Origin: Octopus bimaculoides | Taxonomy: Eukaryota | Length of the DNA: 64,000 bases | Reading direction: 5' to 3' | Assembly (NCBI RefSeq): GCF_001194135.2 | Contig: NC_069003.1 | Span: 13,353,193-13,417,192, forward strand | Shown: positions 63,235 through 64,000 of the stretch, one piece after another | How the letters are laid out: every line of letters starts with the position of its first letter | Numbering within the stretch: position 1 is the stretch's first letter | Notes under the pieces: generated by a model | Database searches by the model: none | What the model saw: only the letters and a program-made list of their open reading frames with translations | What the model was told of the DNA's origin: nothing | Program-made: the position numbers and the translations under genes

Positions 63235-64000
63235 NNNNNNNNNNNNNNNNNNNNNNNNNNNNNNNNNNNNNNNNNNNNNNNNNNNNNNNNNNNNNNNNNN
63301 NNNNNNNNACATACATACACACACACAGATATATACATACATGTTATGCACTCTCCTGTCGGAGACAACATATGAGCAGTCAGCCTTTGCTGAGCAACCT
63401 GCACAAATGATTTATTTATAGTGATCAAATATTTGTGGTGTACATTAGCTCACTTCCTCCATGAAATCAACGTTGCCTGAACAGGTGCACAGCATACCAT
63501 GCTTCAGGTATCAAAGTGATCGCGGAGTAATGTGAGGTGAAGTGTTTTGCTCAAGAACACAACACACCACCAAGTCTAGGAATTGAAACCATGGACCTTA
63601 AATGGTGATGATCATGATACATGGTAAGCCTCTCTCTGTTTCCATCTACCAAATCCATCCACAAAGATTTGGTTGACTCAGGGCTATATTATTATAGTAG
63701 AAGACACTTGCCCAAGGTGCCACATAGTGGTAGTGAACTTGGGATCATGTGGTTGGGAAACAAACTTCTTACCACATAGGCATGCCTGTGCCTATGTATA
63801 AATAATATACGTATATGTATGTGTGTGTGTGTGTGTGTGTATATATATACTCAAATACCCAAAATATAAAGGAGTTTCTGCCTCACCAACAGGAATTACA
63901 CCACATTTATTTTGTGATCTTTGCTACCTTGGTTTCTATTAACCCATTCATTCTATCCGAATTATTATTTATTAGGATAGAATAAATACATATAATTAAA

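Larger units (their letters stand above)
4407..64000 (+). other. Inferred very large intron of CHERP (no further recognisable exon)
   Basis: No segment resembling the CHERP Q/P-rich linker, CID or G-patch was found by eye. The content is repeats. Exons could be hidden in N gaps or be short and divergent. Confidence 0.55.

Noticed and set aside
192-63428. Long ORFs (200-360 aa) in the supplied track
   Set aside because: They are runs of X across assembly gaps (318-1118, 17204-17621, 21914-22770, 50595-51394, 53013-53592, 54166-54969 and others) or translations of (TA)n/(CA)n/(CT)n microsatellites.

Overview
AT-rich, repeat-saturated animal genomic DNA from a gapped short-read assembly (12 N-runs, mostly flanked by (TA)n). 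The SINE, RTE and MITE families resemble those I associate with Octopus (coleoid cephalopod); this is pattern recognition, not a database result. Only one host coding exon is recognisable: a 171-bp phase 1-1 exon on + (4236-4406) encoding the SURP/SWAP domain of CHERP. No further CHERP exon (CID, G-patch) was found, so the remaining ~59.6 kb appears to be one very large intron, apart from anything hidden in gaps. It is filled with at least three tRNA-headed SINE families, RTE-LINE 3' ends, an RLE-type (HERO/R4-like) LINE end, an internally deleted mariner, Tc1/mariner, pogo, hAT and piggyBac-like MITEs, a Helitron-like non-autonomous element, minisatellites and microsatellites. Nearly all ORFs in the supplied track are gap or microsatellite artefacts. 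The most unusual signal is a set of short Penelope-like, often fold-back elements carrying minimal type I hammerhead ribozyme motifs (45560-45596, 45793-45873 and 53696-53735). All three best-formed copies are antisense to CHERP, and in one the inverted duplication starts at the predicted self-cleavage site. Several long inverted repeats could also form intronic dsRNA.
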